Source: Phoronis australis (lineage: Eukaryota > Animalia > Phoronida). From it: 64,000 bases of DNA. Positions 1 to 13,839 of the stretch are shown piece after piece; position 1 is the first letter of the stretch, and each line of letters starts with the position of its first letter. The stretch spans positions 186,001-250,000 of the forward strand of contig NMRA01000217.1 of NCBI GenBank assembly GCA_002633005.1, written 5' to 3'. Under the pieces are notes generated by a model. That model was not told the DNA's origin and ran no database searches. It worked only from the letters and a program-made list of their open reading frames with translations. The translations under genes were made by a program, and so were the position numbers.

Positions 1-74
1 CCGAAATACGTTCAGTTCATGTCTCGTGAATTAAAATTAGCTTTTATTTATTGGTTTCTTGTTTTCTTCTTCAG

Positions 75-2257
75 AGATTTCACCCAGTCAACTGCAGTTG
101 TATAGATCACTTCTGAAAGACAAGACTCAGACAGGTCAGTTCAGTGATAGTTAGACATCCCGGCTGTGTTTACAACTGCACGATAAACAGTAGTAACACG
201 TCATTCAATGCCTTGTCGAACTGTCAACTTGCGATAAGAATACAGCCAATCACAGTGGAGACATTGACATCACCTAAGTCTAGTGGCCAATAACATCTAG
301 CTAAACGATTTTCCTTGACGAATAAACACCTTATTCAAACATTTATCTCATATTTGTCAACCATTCAGGGCGTTCTCGCTCGAGTAAACAAGTTCAATAA
401 GGTTATGAATGAGTGTGTCTAATCCGACGGACAGTCAGGATGATGCAGTTCCCAGAAAAGTGAATGGCTGAGTTTGCTTGGAAAGTTGACAGTCACGCAG
501 TGCAAACGTAGGCCTCGTGAACAATCACATCTTTGTGAGATGATGATAACGCCTGGTCGAGAATCAATGAATTTATATTGACTCTTTCTTCGAACAGTGG
601 GCTTGAGTTTGTCACCGCCGGCGTGTCGGACAGGGTTCATCGTGGTTTCATAAAGATGAAAAGGGGTCAATTACGCTCACGGGCGATTAAGCGCCTTAGC
701 GCGCGGTTGGCGTGCAAGAACAGAAGTTATGAATTACATGTAGATCACTTACACTGCTATAAAATCTGTCTCCATTTTTTCGCTGCTTAATTAGGAAAGG
801 TTTGTTAACAAGTGACAAGGCGTTATCAGTCGTCGGGACAATGCTCAGCGCATAAAATGACACACCGTGAAAAACCAGCTTGTATAGGTCTCACCACTGA
901 CAAGTTCTCTCGAAGCCCGAAACCACCTCCATTTTGACTGAGGAACAATGCGAGACCACCTCAAAAGTTATTTTTAGTGCCACTAGTTTGCCTGTTTGTA
1001 TTTTGCTTTTATCGCCAGCCTCCGTTTTAAAGAAGACTCCCGAGAAACAAAAATGTAGCAGCGGGATTGTAAAAATGGTTTGTGAACTATTCCCGTTCCC
1101 TACCTTGCTGTAGAAGGACACCCTTACCACCCCTGATGTACTCTTTGCAGTTAAGACTCCGGAGCATATTTATTTAATCACTTCAACTGCAGAAAAATAA
1201 GAAGATTTTGTTGCTTCAAATGTATTTTTTTAAAAGCGAAGTATTTGTGACAATATCTCGAGCTGGACCCGGCCTGAGATGGCGAATTAAGACGATCTTT
1301 TTCATTTATGTGCATCGAAACAAATCATGATCTTTGATGCTGGTATAAAAATATCCAATGCCGCCTGTCCTTGCATTTTCTAATAATATTTGCGGAAAAG
1401 TAAATCGGTGTCACTGTCTCCAGTAAAATTTCACAGTCACAAATGAATTGTAAAGTTGTGAAAATTCATAAAATATGTTCCTGTTTCAATTCCAAACTAT
1501 TCAAAACCAGTCGAAATCGTGATCAACAAGGATTCACCAAGTTTAATTATTTTAGGTTTTAATAATTAAACCAAACTATAGATGGTCCACAAATGCACTG
1601 GGAATGGGCGAATCGAAGATCAGTAGATGGCTCTGGTTTAACATCCTTCACAGTTCTTGTTGCTACACGTCAATTTGGCAAGGCCATGTTCGATGAAGAT
1701 AGTTTTGTTCGCAAGCTCCTTGAGTTAAACTCCACGTTTGATAATTTTACTGTTTAATTTCAGGTGGTGGTCAAATCCAGTTGTGGCAGTTCTTGCTGGA
1801 ACTTCTTGTTGAAGACAAATGCGATAACTGTATTGTATGGGAAAACAACGATGGCGAATTTAAAATGGCGAAAACCGACGAAGTCGCGCGGTTGTGGGGT
1901 CAGCGGAAAAACAAACCAAATATGACTTACGACAAATTGAGCCGCGCGCTTCGATATTACTACGACAAAATGTACCTCACCAAAGTACACGGGAAGCGTT
2001 ACACTTACAAATTTCACTTTCATCGCATCGCGCAAGGCATGCGGCGCGTGCCACAAGCGGTTGCTAACCTGGCCCAAGAGCAGCTCATTCAGGAAGTTCG
2101 ACGACTGCAGATGCAGGAACAACCGCAGCAAGCGATGACGTCACAGAATTACCGAGCTGCCCCACCACCAAGTTACTGGGAGCACATGATGCGGACGAAG
2201 GCTGCTGAGAGCTATCAGCAGGCTGGTGGAGAGTTTAAGTACCCCTCTTCATATTAA
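75..2257 (+). CDS. ETS-domain transcription factor, ERG/FLI/FEV-like class (3' part: internal exon 75-134 and last exon 1764-2257)
   Basis: Last exon follows the acceptor tgtttaatttcag and encodes [14 protein letters not shown]...[48 protein letters not shown], a canonical ETS domain closest to the ERG/FLI pattern ([25 protein letters not shown]). The 60-nt exon 75-134 (ttcttcttcag...G|gtcagt) is open ([19 protein letters not shown]) and phase-1 compatible. The 5' exons lie outside the window. Orthology is not assigned. Confidence 0.93.
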
Positions 2258-3345
2258 CCGGCACCTCAACAGCACCTCGTCAGCTTTTTCCTTATTATTT
2301 ATTTTTCTGTATATAGTTTATCAAAGCTTTGTTACTAGTTGCTTCGTGCTTGTAAATACTATAAAATTGTGGTGTTTGTGCTAAGATTGGTTTGTTAAAC
2401 TCATCCGCTAGGCGTCTCTTAGGCGGCAAGGCCTGAGCGAATATTCTCTGAAGTCATTGATCTCAATAAAGGACATGTTAGGCGTAGCCATTTCACGCGC
2501 TGGCGCCTATTGTCTTTTTGTACAGTTTTGTATGTTTAGGGGAATGTGTAGGATTTATGTATGAGTTTGTTTTGAAAATGAGAAATTGTGTGGTTCCCCG
2601 TGAATGGCCTGCTATTTGGAGCTTCAGTCGCTGCTTTTTGTTCTCGCTTATGGCACAGTAACTTTGTGCTTAATAACTCACCTACGAATCACTGCCGCAG
2701 TTACAGATATTTATTTTATACCATATCCTAGCATTTAGTTCTGTATACCAACTCAATACGGACAACTTTGGTGCCTGTTCCTGGCTCTTCCAGCATAGAG
2801 CGACGACTGCACCAACGCTTGAAACTACTTATAGTACTTTTATATCCAAGAATGTAAGTTGCAGTTTACGTAAAAAAATTCAGTCTCGACTTTTACTCTC
2901 AAAATGCAAGATTTGTCTTCCTACTTAGCTTGCTCCGTGCTGAGTGGTGCGGCACCGAGACACAAACTGTAATATTTTCTTAGGGTTGAAACTAGCTGTG
3001 GATCGCTTACTGCGCGTTCCCTGGAGAAAAGGCATTAAAATATCTAAATGTTCTGCTAAGTAGTTACTCAGGGTTAGAAGTAGGGCGTAATTAAGTGACA
3101 AATGCCATGGACTGGGGGTGAAAGATGGCAGGCAGAACTAGCCAAAATGTGTCAAAGTTGATTGCCTGGTGATTTTGTAAGTGTTGAACTTTTGTGCATT
3201 TATTTAATGGGTGGCTCTCGTATGATTAACTGGAATGCGGAAAACTATGTGTGAATTATGTCCCTGTAAATGCTTTGTACATACATAATATATTTTTTAT
3301 CAGAATTTTTTATATCTTTATAAATAAACATTTTGATTGAACGTC
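2258..3345 (+). other. Probable 3'UTR of the ETS gene with polyadenylation signal
   Basis: U-rich stretch after the stop, TGTANATA motifs at 2308, 2351 and 3276, and AATAAA at 3323-3328. Confidence 0.55.
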
Positions 3346-4029
3346 ACCTTGTTTCTTGGTGAATAGGATGTGACTACGTGTGTCATTAGGCGTTCCTCAG
3401 ATTTTCGAAATTTCCGTCTCAGCAATCGACACTGAACTTTAAACAAAATGGGCTGTCCAGTTCTTTCTGAATCACTGGTGCAAACGGTTTCTGCAAAATA
3501 TAAGTCTGTTTGATAACGCCCCCGTACTCTTCGTAACATCAGCGATCCTAGTGTGGCTTTCTGGTATAATCTCTAACCAGCGCCACCTGTGCTATCGGCA
3601 CGGTCGTCAACTTCGGGAGTGGCCGTATACTAGTAGTAGGGTGGGCAGATTTACGTTATTATTAATATCGAGCATTTACATATTTAACGCTTTACCATTC
3701 TGGACTTGTTGAAGTTTTCAATTTATCTACTTCTGTAACGCGCCATGAAGAAGTTAAGTGACCCTACATCTGAAAATAAACGGCGTTACTAGTGAAATGC
3801 CGGTTCACCGCCCGTAGACCATGGGCGGCGCTATGATAGACCTCCCAGTCCCCTATGGTGCGCCGTCCATGCAAGTGGGCTAATTTGATCAGCTATGAAA
3901 CAGCCGTGCATCAGGTATGAAATGATATCCCATGCGGTGGAAACGCTTATTTACAAAGTTTAACCAAGTTTGCAATTAGCGAAAATAGCAACGGAACGAA
4001 ATATCTTCTGAAAGGATATTAATCTATGT

Positions 4030-4385
4030 TTTAATGATTTCCACCAATCCGGCGTTCTGTCAGCTGCTAATGCATCATTGGTGTCAATCTTTCAAGTTAA
4101 AGGCAGGAATCAACCAAAAACTCATTCTCCCTATGTCAGAGATTGGATATTATGGTCCTTGGTGGGTGGCCATTCCCAATGTTGTCGTGTCATTAGCTAA
4201 AAGCGCACAGTGGGTCACGCTTGTCCGTTTAGCAGACATCGAAAGGAGATTTCAATTTTTCCTCCTAACTTTGAGGGTTGTCGAGGGTTGCAGAGCATTA
4301 TTTTGTTTCAGAGAACTGGATGGGAAAGTCGTTTTTAGTATCTGTTCGTTGGCCTAAACTGGATTTGGTATCCTTGTAAGTGTTG
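4030..4385 (+). repeat. Interspersed repeat family A (other copies ~10560-10850, ~22740-23200, ~33675-34020)
   Basis: Shared blocks tctgtcagctgctaatgcatcattgg, gtcacgcttgtccgtttagcagac and cagagcattattttgtttcagag recur in the same order in four places. Class unknown, boundaries approximate. Confidence 0.75.
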
Positions 4386-5455
4386 TGACTCATTCAGAAA
4401 ATGAATAAGCTGAATATCTCTTTTATCTCTAACATCTAAGAAGAGAACAGGTGACAAAACCAGACTGGGGTGAAATCTTCAAAACAAGGTTAAGTACAGG
4501 GGCGGAACCAGAAACTTTGAACTGGGGGAAGGAACTCATACAGTAACATGGCGTTAATATGCTACATATGTATGAAAGCATGTTCGTGTCATACTCATGC
4601 GCGCACCCAGCCTTTAATATGGGAGGCTCGAATTTCTGACTAAGTGGACCTTTTGCTAACAAAAAAGCGGGAGGACTAAAAAAACGGGGTACCACCTTCA
4701 GAACTGTGTGTCTGTGCATTTTTAGTGGACTTTTGTCTCATTTTCTCGGATTTTTTTTGTTTCTCTGAGGCGGACCTTTTTGCCCAATTCGCTAAATGTG
4801 GGGCACTGTAATTGTGCTTGGACCCCCTTCACAGACTGCTTTGGATGCACGCGGACCTTTGTCTTCGAATATGAGTGGTTGGACCCTCTTTCTCCGACAT
4901 CCAAAATCCGCCACCTCAGACTCTATGCAAATACCTACTCGTGAGTCAAAAAATAGGACTATATATTTGTCTTTCTGAGTCAGGTTTTGCGAATTCAGTG
5001 CACGTTTAAAATTCAGCGATCAAGGCGATACGATGGGCTTCGGGCGAATACTTCCCTCTAATTTCACCACTACAGTACTGGATATCAAGCAAGAATAGCG
5101 TCCGGTGACTGAAAAGTTCCCACACTTTTAGTAAATAGATCGCACGAATACAAAAAATCTATTTCACGCCATTCAGTCACCATATTAATTAGACGAAATT
5201 TTGAAATTAGCACTTTGGACTATAATTTTTATTCCAGTCCACTTATAAACAGAATATGAGACCATTTAGTTTGTTCAGTGGTATCTCAAATATAATCGAA
5301 AAGGGCACAATTTGGGAAGGAATTCTATCCTGGCCACGAATTAAAGGGAACTCTTTAATAGGGACTTTTCAGCAGGTGAACGTTGAACCCTTGCTTTAAG
5401 CCCGGCATAGGGAGAAGAAGAGTTTAAAAGATATCGCAAAAATAACCGTTTAGGG

Positions 5456-6545
5456 AATTTATTTATTTATTTTTTATAAATAAGTACAAAAAACAAACAA
5501 ATAAGTATACCCATTCATTCACGCATGCACACCTCAGGAGAGACCATTCTCGTATCTCGTATAAAGTAAACAACTTCTACATAGAGTTAACGTGAACAAT
5601 GAAATTTTCCCATTTCGCAGAAAAGCTGTCATATACAAAGTTTTTATATGCAATTAATATTTCAGCATTATAGCACTCATAAGTATATGTAACAAAGATG
5701 TGAAAATTAGATATATTTTGTGACATCTCTGCTTGTAAATGTACTGTTTGGCTATTAGATGCAAAATGTTAAATAGAAACCGTGCGTCTCATAAAGTCCA
5801 AAACTAACACGTTCGTAAGAGAGACGGTTGGGAAGCTGAATGCGACACTTGCATTAGCTTTCCGAATTCCTTCCAGAAATCTTGTACAAGGTGACATTCC
5901 CAAAAAGGTGTGATAGCGTCTCTGGACCTTTATTACAAAAGGAACATCATTTAAAATCCCGAACACGGATTTTGACTAAAAAGGTATTTGTTGCAATAAT
6001 CCTGTGTAATATTCTAAATTGGAACCATCTAATGTTAGGATCCTTTGTAATTTCCTAAGGCAATGCGTATATTTTATTCCAATCTAAACTATCTCCTAAC
6101 TCTATTTCCCATTTACACTCATGACTTCTAAACGGCAATAAAGACTGAACAAATATGTCTACAACCCTTCAAATCTTTCCGTAAGTGAGTAATTGTTAAA
6201 GGCATGCAAAGAGAGTAGATATTAACACTTTTAAATTTACTTTGAAAGAGACTTTTTGAAACCTTATTAGAACGAAAACAACACCATTACATTCTACAAA
6301 GTTGATTTTTACATCCAACCTATTTTTCATATGGTTCAAACTAACGAAATCCCCATCAGAGGTATACATATCTCGAATTAATCTTACGCCTTTTACAAAC
6401 CAAGGATTACAAAAAACACTTGTGCCTCCGATCGCCAAGTTACTATTAAACCACAAAGGTTGATTCAAAAAGTCCTGTTTACTTCCAACAATTATTTTCT
6501 TGTAGAAAGATGTCATACTTCCAAATACGTCGCGCCAGTAGGCAT
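5456..6545 (-). mobile_element. 5'-truncated, decayed L1/Tx1-clade LINE (ORF2 C-terminal region and 3' tail)
   Basis: Minus-strand translation gives PLWFNSNLAIGGTSVFCNPWFVKGVRLIRDM...INFVECNGV and WNKIY...DPNIRWFQFRILHRIIATNTFLVK, typical of Tx1/L1 ORF2 around zf-RVT. Frameshifts and stops are present. An (AAAT)n/A-rich tail lies at ~5456-5475. Confidence 0.8.
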
Positions 6546-7157
6546 TACGTTCTTACATGTAGCTTACATGTACATCTTTGTCATTAGTTGAGCTGAGGAA
6601 CCTTCAGTATTTTCGAACTCACTAATTGAACCCTTTTGTAGGGAATTATGTCATCCTTTCATGAGGAATTTTTGTCAAATAACGACAGAAGATCTGAACT
6701 TTTGAATGTAAAAAGTCTTCTCGTCTGAGCAGCACCTCAGTGCAGCGTCGACCGTATATCTCTTTGACAAGAGTTCCCCTTCCACGGCTTGCGTAACCTA
6801 TATTGGGAAAATTTTGGGGGGTATGACTTTAGTCCGATGCATTTGGGCGCTCTCGTAACTACTTCTGTTGGATTCATTCTCCGAATTAGGATTTCAGAAA
6901 ATATGAAAAAACAAAAAATATATCGTAAAAAACATAATATGCGACAAGTCAAAGACAAGGACGAAACAACCCATTCACTTTTAATCTGAATGGCTTTGAA
7001 ATTTTAAAGTTCAGACCGGAGCTGTCCGCTCTACCCTTTTTGATACTAATAACAAGGCACATCTTGGTAATGTGTTCCATTCACGGCTTCCGGGCCAGTT
7101 TATTCGAACGCCACCTGTTTGGACGAGTTCAGCAAATTTGTCCTCACGTTTACCAGC

Positions 7158-7229
7158 GCGTCAGTGGTGTAATGGTTAGCATAGTTGCCTTCCAAGCAGT
7201 TGATCTGGGTTCGATTCCCGGCTGACGCA
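7158..7229 (+). tRNA. tRNA-Gly (anticodon TCC)
   Basis: GCGTCAG/CTGACGC acceptor stem, D-arm TGGTGTAATGGTTAGCA, anticodon arm GTTGC-CTTCCAA-GCAGT, T-loop GGTTCGATTCC, discriminator A, and a T7 Pol III terminator at 7235-7241. Confidence 0.95.
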
Positions 7230-9030
7230 CAGAATTTTTTTCTCTCACCTCTCAGTTTTCGATTCCATATTATTGATGCGCATCGTTCATTCGACATAGA
7301 AATAATTTATTATCCGCTGATAATACTCCATACGAAAAAATTGAGTAATGTGAGATGTTGTCCTAATCTCGTATCACAGATATATAACAATTACAAAAAT
7401 TAACATGAGAAACAAATAAGTGGAACATTACTAGTTTGATGTATGCAACTGTGATTGTTATGTTGATGTAGTAAATTAGAACGGATGCGTCTCAAACGAT
7501 GACCATGGATCAGGAAAATGTCCGTGATAACCCTGCCGCACATAGGCAAAAATTGCATTCCCTGGACGCGTTCATGTGTATTTAATATAAACAGGCTGTA
7601 ATGATTTCAGCAAATTTAGGTGCTGCTTAAATCGCTTGGTAGCGACGTAACATGTAATTGAAATAGATTCGCTCACTGAGTTGTTTACTCGTTGACTGAG
7701 GAAGAAACGTGAGGGACTGACCTAATATATAGCGCCCTTTAAACAAAAACTTCAGCACGAATACTGGACAAGAAATATCGTGACGACGGTCACTAATACG
7801 CATGTCATCGTGTACATTCAAATGTCCATTGAATAACAGACAAGGCAGAACACGCCTGTAGCCAGTGCCGAGGATTCCAGGCGTTAGATAGGCCCCCTGC
7901 CCTCACAGGTAAAAAGGTCCAGCCCCAGCATATCCGTTACGGACGGATAGGACAGATAGATGAACATCATCGACAACATCATTGTTACAGTTACATGTAG
8001 TACCGGTACTCCAAACTGCAATAATAATCATTTAGTTAGTTCGCTTCCAATTCAAAGCACTTAACTTAATCACAGCGGGCGTACTTGGCCAACTTCGTCA
8101 AGCAGCGGTGTTTGCGCGGATGACAGGATCGTGCAGACGATTAGAGGACGCTAAACGTCATTGACGGTAACTGCTGCTAACCAAATTGAACGCACGTGGA
8201 GACTGTATCACAATCAACCGGAGCCCAGAAGTGAAAGTCTATACCTACAATAGGGTGATACAGCACGTCAGAGAGCTAGAAAGCTTCCACTGAAAAGTAG
8301 TGCGTGAATACCCTAAAATCGATCTACCAATAACATTAGCAAGTGGGTTTGTTGTCTCCTATTTGGGTACAGCTGCTAGCATAGCAAAGTGTAGGGTTTT
8401 TAACCATCGGATGTGTGTTTTCATCCAGTGAACGATTTGGTGTGTGCGTTTTCAAAGTTTTAAATTGAGTACACGAAACTTCTGTGGGCAGACCTCCTCG
8501 GTCGTTGCTCAGCAAAAACCAAACATTGAACTGCTGCGTTTTCTTGCACTGAGAAAACCCCGACGCTACTCCAAAGGTTCGCTATTCCGAAGGCACCGGC
8601 TGCTCGATACAAATGTCCACTACTGCGAATGTTCACCATGCTGAAACCACGTTCACAACTTCGACTGTTTACTACTGTTTGCTAATGAGGCGGAACTAAT
8701 ATGCATAGAATAGTAACCAGTTAAAGAGTGTGCAACAGTTGAATATTTTCTAAACATTGATTGCATTCCTGTCGTCATTCTTGACTCATTCTCACTAAGG
8801 GACAATGTCTGGGCACGGCCATATTTCATTTCAGGGCTGCGGCGACCAACGGGCGCCTTTAAGTTTGAGAAGACTGGATGAGACTCTAAATTTGACTTGG
8901 TGAAGACTGGCAAGCCATAGTCTACTACATCCAGTACATTTAGGTTCGGCCCGGCCATGAGCGTGGTTCGGTTGCGGGGTGAGGCGCATCGCGGGATGAA
9001 CTTTTCAATGAAATGATACCGTCTTGAAAT

Positions 9031-9840
9031 CAGGGTGTTCCATCGATTGAAACAGGAACTCCGGTGTAAACAGATGTCCCACCGTCGAAAACAACCTCCT
9101 GCAACTTCAAATAACTAACCAGCCCCACAAAGTCGTACTCTGACCTTTAAAACCCCGGACTGGACACTCGGGTATCGAAACACCTTACACTCCTGCTCTT
9201 TCTGTCAAACATTGGTTGATGAAAATAAATGTTCCTACTTTAAATAGTTTTTTGCGATATTTTGTTTTACTATGTGACAATTTTAGACAACTTATGGCGG
9301 ATTGGCATTCTACATTATTCCCCTGAGCCATGAAATATTGCGTCACATATGGGCTAGGTACTTTTTCGCCAAGTTTTCAGGCAACTGTTCTTCCACGAGG
9401 TTGTCACAACAAATAAATCAACAATGGCACTAGAAAGTTGAAATGGTCCTTTTGTTTTTCATTTTTGAAAAACATTTTGAAGAAACTATTTAATAATCTG
9501 AAATTAATTAAATATTCACCGAGATAACAGCGTGTTGAGAGAATAGATTATGTCGGAATACGCCAAAGAGACAGTTGCACGAGTTTTACCGATAAAATCA
9601 AATACCAGATTCAATATATAAGTAATATTCATGTAGGTTACGTTTCATTATTAACAATTTTAATAAACAAATGCAGAAAACAATTGGAAAGTACTTGAAG
9701 ATGCCCTGGGATTTGTGTTTTGAAGGTCAGGGATCTTGTTTTTTTGGGCTGGTTAACTGTTCTGAAGGTGCGGGGACCTGTTTTCGACTTCGGCGGATGC
9801 CTGTTTTGCACCGGGGTGGCCGTTTCGATGGAGCACCCAG
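9031..9840. mobile_element. Non-autonomous DNA transposon with long imperfect TIRs and a 5-bp TSD (GAAAT)
   Basis: The left end CAGGGTGTTCCATCG mirrors the right end CGATGGAGCACCCAG, and ~120 bp of each end are inverted-similar. GAAAT flanks both ends (9026-9030, 9841-9845). A partial second copy lies at ~31798-32221. Confidence 0.7.
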
Positions 9841-12800
9841 GAAATGGATTTGGTGAATGTATAGTGCGGAATAGTCAGTCATCAACGGTTCTATTTTCTT
9901 CTCCAGATTTTGTGACATCATTTTAGTTCATTTGCTCTCTGCACTATAGGTAACGGCGTATAGTAAATTCTTTCCGGCCAATGAAAAATCGAAAGTTATC
10001 ATTTACACAAGTTGGGTAGTCCTTCAGAGCAGCGTTCTAAGCATTCGACTGCATGTAAAATAACAAGTGAGTTCATCTATCGTGACACGAGACAGATCAG
10101 GCCCAAGGCAAAGGAGATTTTTGTCCGACCCTGCTTTAACCTCGTGTAGTGCCATACATGAAAACCATGATTGTTTTGATTCATGATTTGTGTCAAAGCA
10201 TTTATATTTTTTCTTTTCTTTTCTTTGCTTTTTAATGAGTTGGCTTTCCAACCCCAACACGGTAACACCATGGACCGAATTCACTAATTGCTTCTACAAC
10301 GATACTCACGGCCGTCAAGTTGAAGCCTCCGATTTCGACTTGACCCAGTTAAAGGCTCTAGGCTTCGTTATCGTTGAAAACAACATATACGGTTTCATGG
10401 GTTGAAACTCAGTATTTAGAAAATTAAGGAACGTGATCGTGACTGAGAGTAAGTTTCAAGTCAAAATATAGGCAATCACAAGAGCTGCTAATGCAAATCG
10501 TGTAAATTATATTCATTTGTCATTTCGTAACAAACGTTTAATCCTAGAAAATAACTTAAAAGAATACTAAACCCTGTCTTGATAATTTCAACCAAACCTC
10601 GTGCGGTTCTGTCACCTGCATCATTGGCGTCAATACTGAAAGATAAAAGCAAGAATCAAATAAAAACACGATAAACGTGTATGTCACGCTTGCCCGTTTG
10701 GCAGACTTTGAAAGGGATTTTCAAATTTTCCTCCGAAATTTTGAGGGTTGTCGAGGTTTACAAATCATTACTTTGTTTTAGTATCTGTTATTAGAGCAAA
10801 GCCGGGTTTGCTATCTTTTTAGCTAAAACCTTTGTGAATTTGTTGATTCCAAAGTAAATAAGACTCGTATTCTTATGACAAATAGTGTGTTTAACCTTAC
10901 CGTATATGCGCACTTGGACCCATACGTCTAAGCTTGTACATTGTAGTGGAGCTGGTTGTATTATGCGTATATGACTATAATTGAAACACTTGTGTAAAAT
11001 TCAAGAGGTGAATTTCTAAAATATCATCTGAGTAAAAGTTGACTGATCAGTCATTACGGACATTGTTGTCGTTAACGTGTATTCAAATTTTACCGCATGG
11101 CAGGAATTAAAAATCGAAAAAACACATGAAAAGCACCCACTAAGTTTAAAGTTTCGTTGATTTGATGACACCGAAATCCAAAATTTCAAACTGGAACGAC
11201 TTACCGGCTTTGAATTTGCCGTTGAGACACTCATTGGACTATATTAGGTCCTCGGTGTTATCTCTATATTTAGGAACGGTCACTTGTCGCATTAAAGACA
11301 CAAAACAAATGGTTCCACCACAAAATGAACCAAACCGGAATGGTTTGGCTCTGTATATGACGTTTAGGCACACACATACACATGTACAAAGGACAACCCC
11401 TTCGTCCATAAGTGAAGCACAGCACAAGAAACACTTAAGAAAACTTTAACTCTGGAAAAATTATTTCGGGCATAGGCGCATAGGTCTCTCCCGTTCTTAT
11501 TTGCACAGATACGGAATGGTGTTACAGCTGGCATTCGAAATGTGAAGATTTACACGTGGGCATTTTATGTTGATATATGCAACTCGAACTAAGTTGAATT
11601 TCACGCTATTTTTTATCGTTCGCTTCCATTTATTGCTAGAAATGATGTTTATTGTATAGCTTGTCAAGCAAGAAAGAGTTACATTTTATTTCACCTTTGT
11701 GACCCTTGTATCGACACTACTTCTGGTTTCTCATACATGTATGTGACCATAACTGTTTGCAGCCAAAGTCTGCATTTCGTTGTCAAATCAGTGATTGATA
11801 TCATTTAATATGCTATGATACTATTGACGTACTTCCGGTAAATGGAGAACTTTGATTATGAGTGACGCGCATTCATTTAATCCCGATGAATACTGAAGAA
11901 CTGAAAAGAGATTTATTTTCATTTTCTATTTGTCTCTGCAAAATTTCTCATATGTCGCTCAACATTCATTTCGGGTCCCATGAGAGTACTTTTGGGATCG
12001 TTTTGCCTTTTTGCAAGTCTTTTACTTTTATGGAACATGTGTGCAAGAGATCACAAATGTTTCAGATGTTGACTCGTTAAACGACCTCTAAAATATTCCA
12101 AGTTTTATAACCGAGCCGTTGCTGGACTTATCTTACTACACACGTTTAGCAAATGTACGTGTACAAGAACGTGACGTACGCCTGGATCGGGATTTTTTTT
12201 CTCCGTGTGCTTGATGCGCTCACCAGTTGAGCAGACTGCAACACGCGGTAAACACTGGCCAAAGGTAATTTCATGATGGCACTGAAACACTGATTTTGAG
12301 TAATAATTGGTTAGTATAGTAAGTGTCACCCGTTGGTCAATTCGTAAAACTCTTTCCAGAAATTTTTGTGGTTTTCGCCCAGTTACATAAGGTTTATTTG
12401 CCTGGCAATTAGGTGAAAAATATTGTACTTTCCAGAAAGAACTTTCAACGTGTTGCGTTGCTTTTCTGTTAACTTGTTAAGATATTTTTATTCTGGATTC
12501 AGAAGAGAAAAAATCTATACAACGAGTTCACTTTTGAACTAAAAAAATTGAAGTCATGTACATGTACCTGGAAGTCATCAATAATGTCTACCTCACGACA
12601 CGCACTTGCCTTAGCAGCTCGTTGGAATTCACGGGGTCTGTGGCGTTCTTGTTGAAATTTCGTCACCTGGAGCAGTTAATAACAATGGACTGCACCATAG
12701 CAGGGTTACGATTACTGGTGGCAAGACATGTTAAGACAGACTACTATCCCTGCGTCACAACCACTTTTGCCTGCAAGTAGACGTTATTTCCCCCTCCCCC

Positions 12801-13839
12801 CCACTCCTTCGTTAGAGGTTGTGCATTTGTCACCAATTTCCCAGGCTCCCTATTGCAAATGATTGTTTGGTTATTGCATCTGTGTTGCACACAGAGGAAT
12901 TCACGAAAGTGTTCATACAAAGGTGATGTTTACGTCGTCAGTTGCAACGATTTGTACGAAAATCTGGGAGTTGAGCGACACTGCCCGTTACAGTCATTTG
13001 AGTGAAAAACTATCTAATAAGCATAATTTACTTGTATGCACCATTCTTCGGATTTTGTAGCAAAGAAAAATCTGTCACTGTGTGAGAAGCACACCCGCCA
13101 TTTATTAGATTTTGCGACATCTTTCGGGAAATGAAGGCAATTAACCTCGCCAAAGCAAATTTTGCTCAGAAATTGGCAGTTTGCTGGTGCAAATGAAATG
13201 CTTAATGCTTATAACGAAGAAAAATCAATTTGGGTAATTTGTTTTGAACTAAGTGTATATGCAACTTTTTGGAAGAACTTGCGAACCGATGCATGACAAG
13301 ACGAATTGGTTAGTAAAGAATTTCTGCAAGATAATGTTCCATTTGATGGGTATGAAAGCTTACACATTGCTTCACAAATTTAGCAGCAGAATAACGGTAT
13401 AACGGCAATTTTCACAACCGTAACCTATTTTTCTTTACTTAGAAAAGTATGTAGTTTTTAATGATGTTAATTTTGTGCCAGATTTGATTTCGACGTTTTT
13501 TACACAGTATCGTTCAAAAGCTGCATATTTATCAATGTAAATTTATTTTGAGTTGTGTATCCAAGGTTACAGGTCACGATATACGTATAGCCAGTGAGCT
13601 ATACATATGATTTGTCTCATTACGTACGTTTGCAAAAGCTCTGGCTGTAAAACAAAGCATATTTCCCTCGTTTACACTTTACACGGGAACGTGCGCCGTG
13701 TGCACGTAAATATGCGAAATCGTGTGACTCACTAGTACAGTGTATCAGGACTTTGATTACTATGTCTGAAATGGGGCACAATCAATAACACATGTTTCGA
13801 AAGAACCCACACGTTTCTCATGCACACTTATTATCATTG

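Noticed and set aside
1760-2131. Antisense ORF over the ETS exon (likewise 20794-21204 and 24902-25345)
   Set aside because: Shadow ORFs of real coding exons with no independent support.
5456-7229. Tx1 element targeting the tRNA gene
   Set aside because: The insertion is ~600 bp from the intact tRNA, and the second copy (13840) has no tRNA nearby.
10190-10405. Short protein-like ORF (PWTEFTNCFYNDTHGR...)
   Set aside because: No recognisable domain, no ATG start, and no convincing splice partners.
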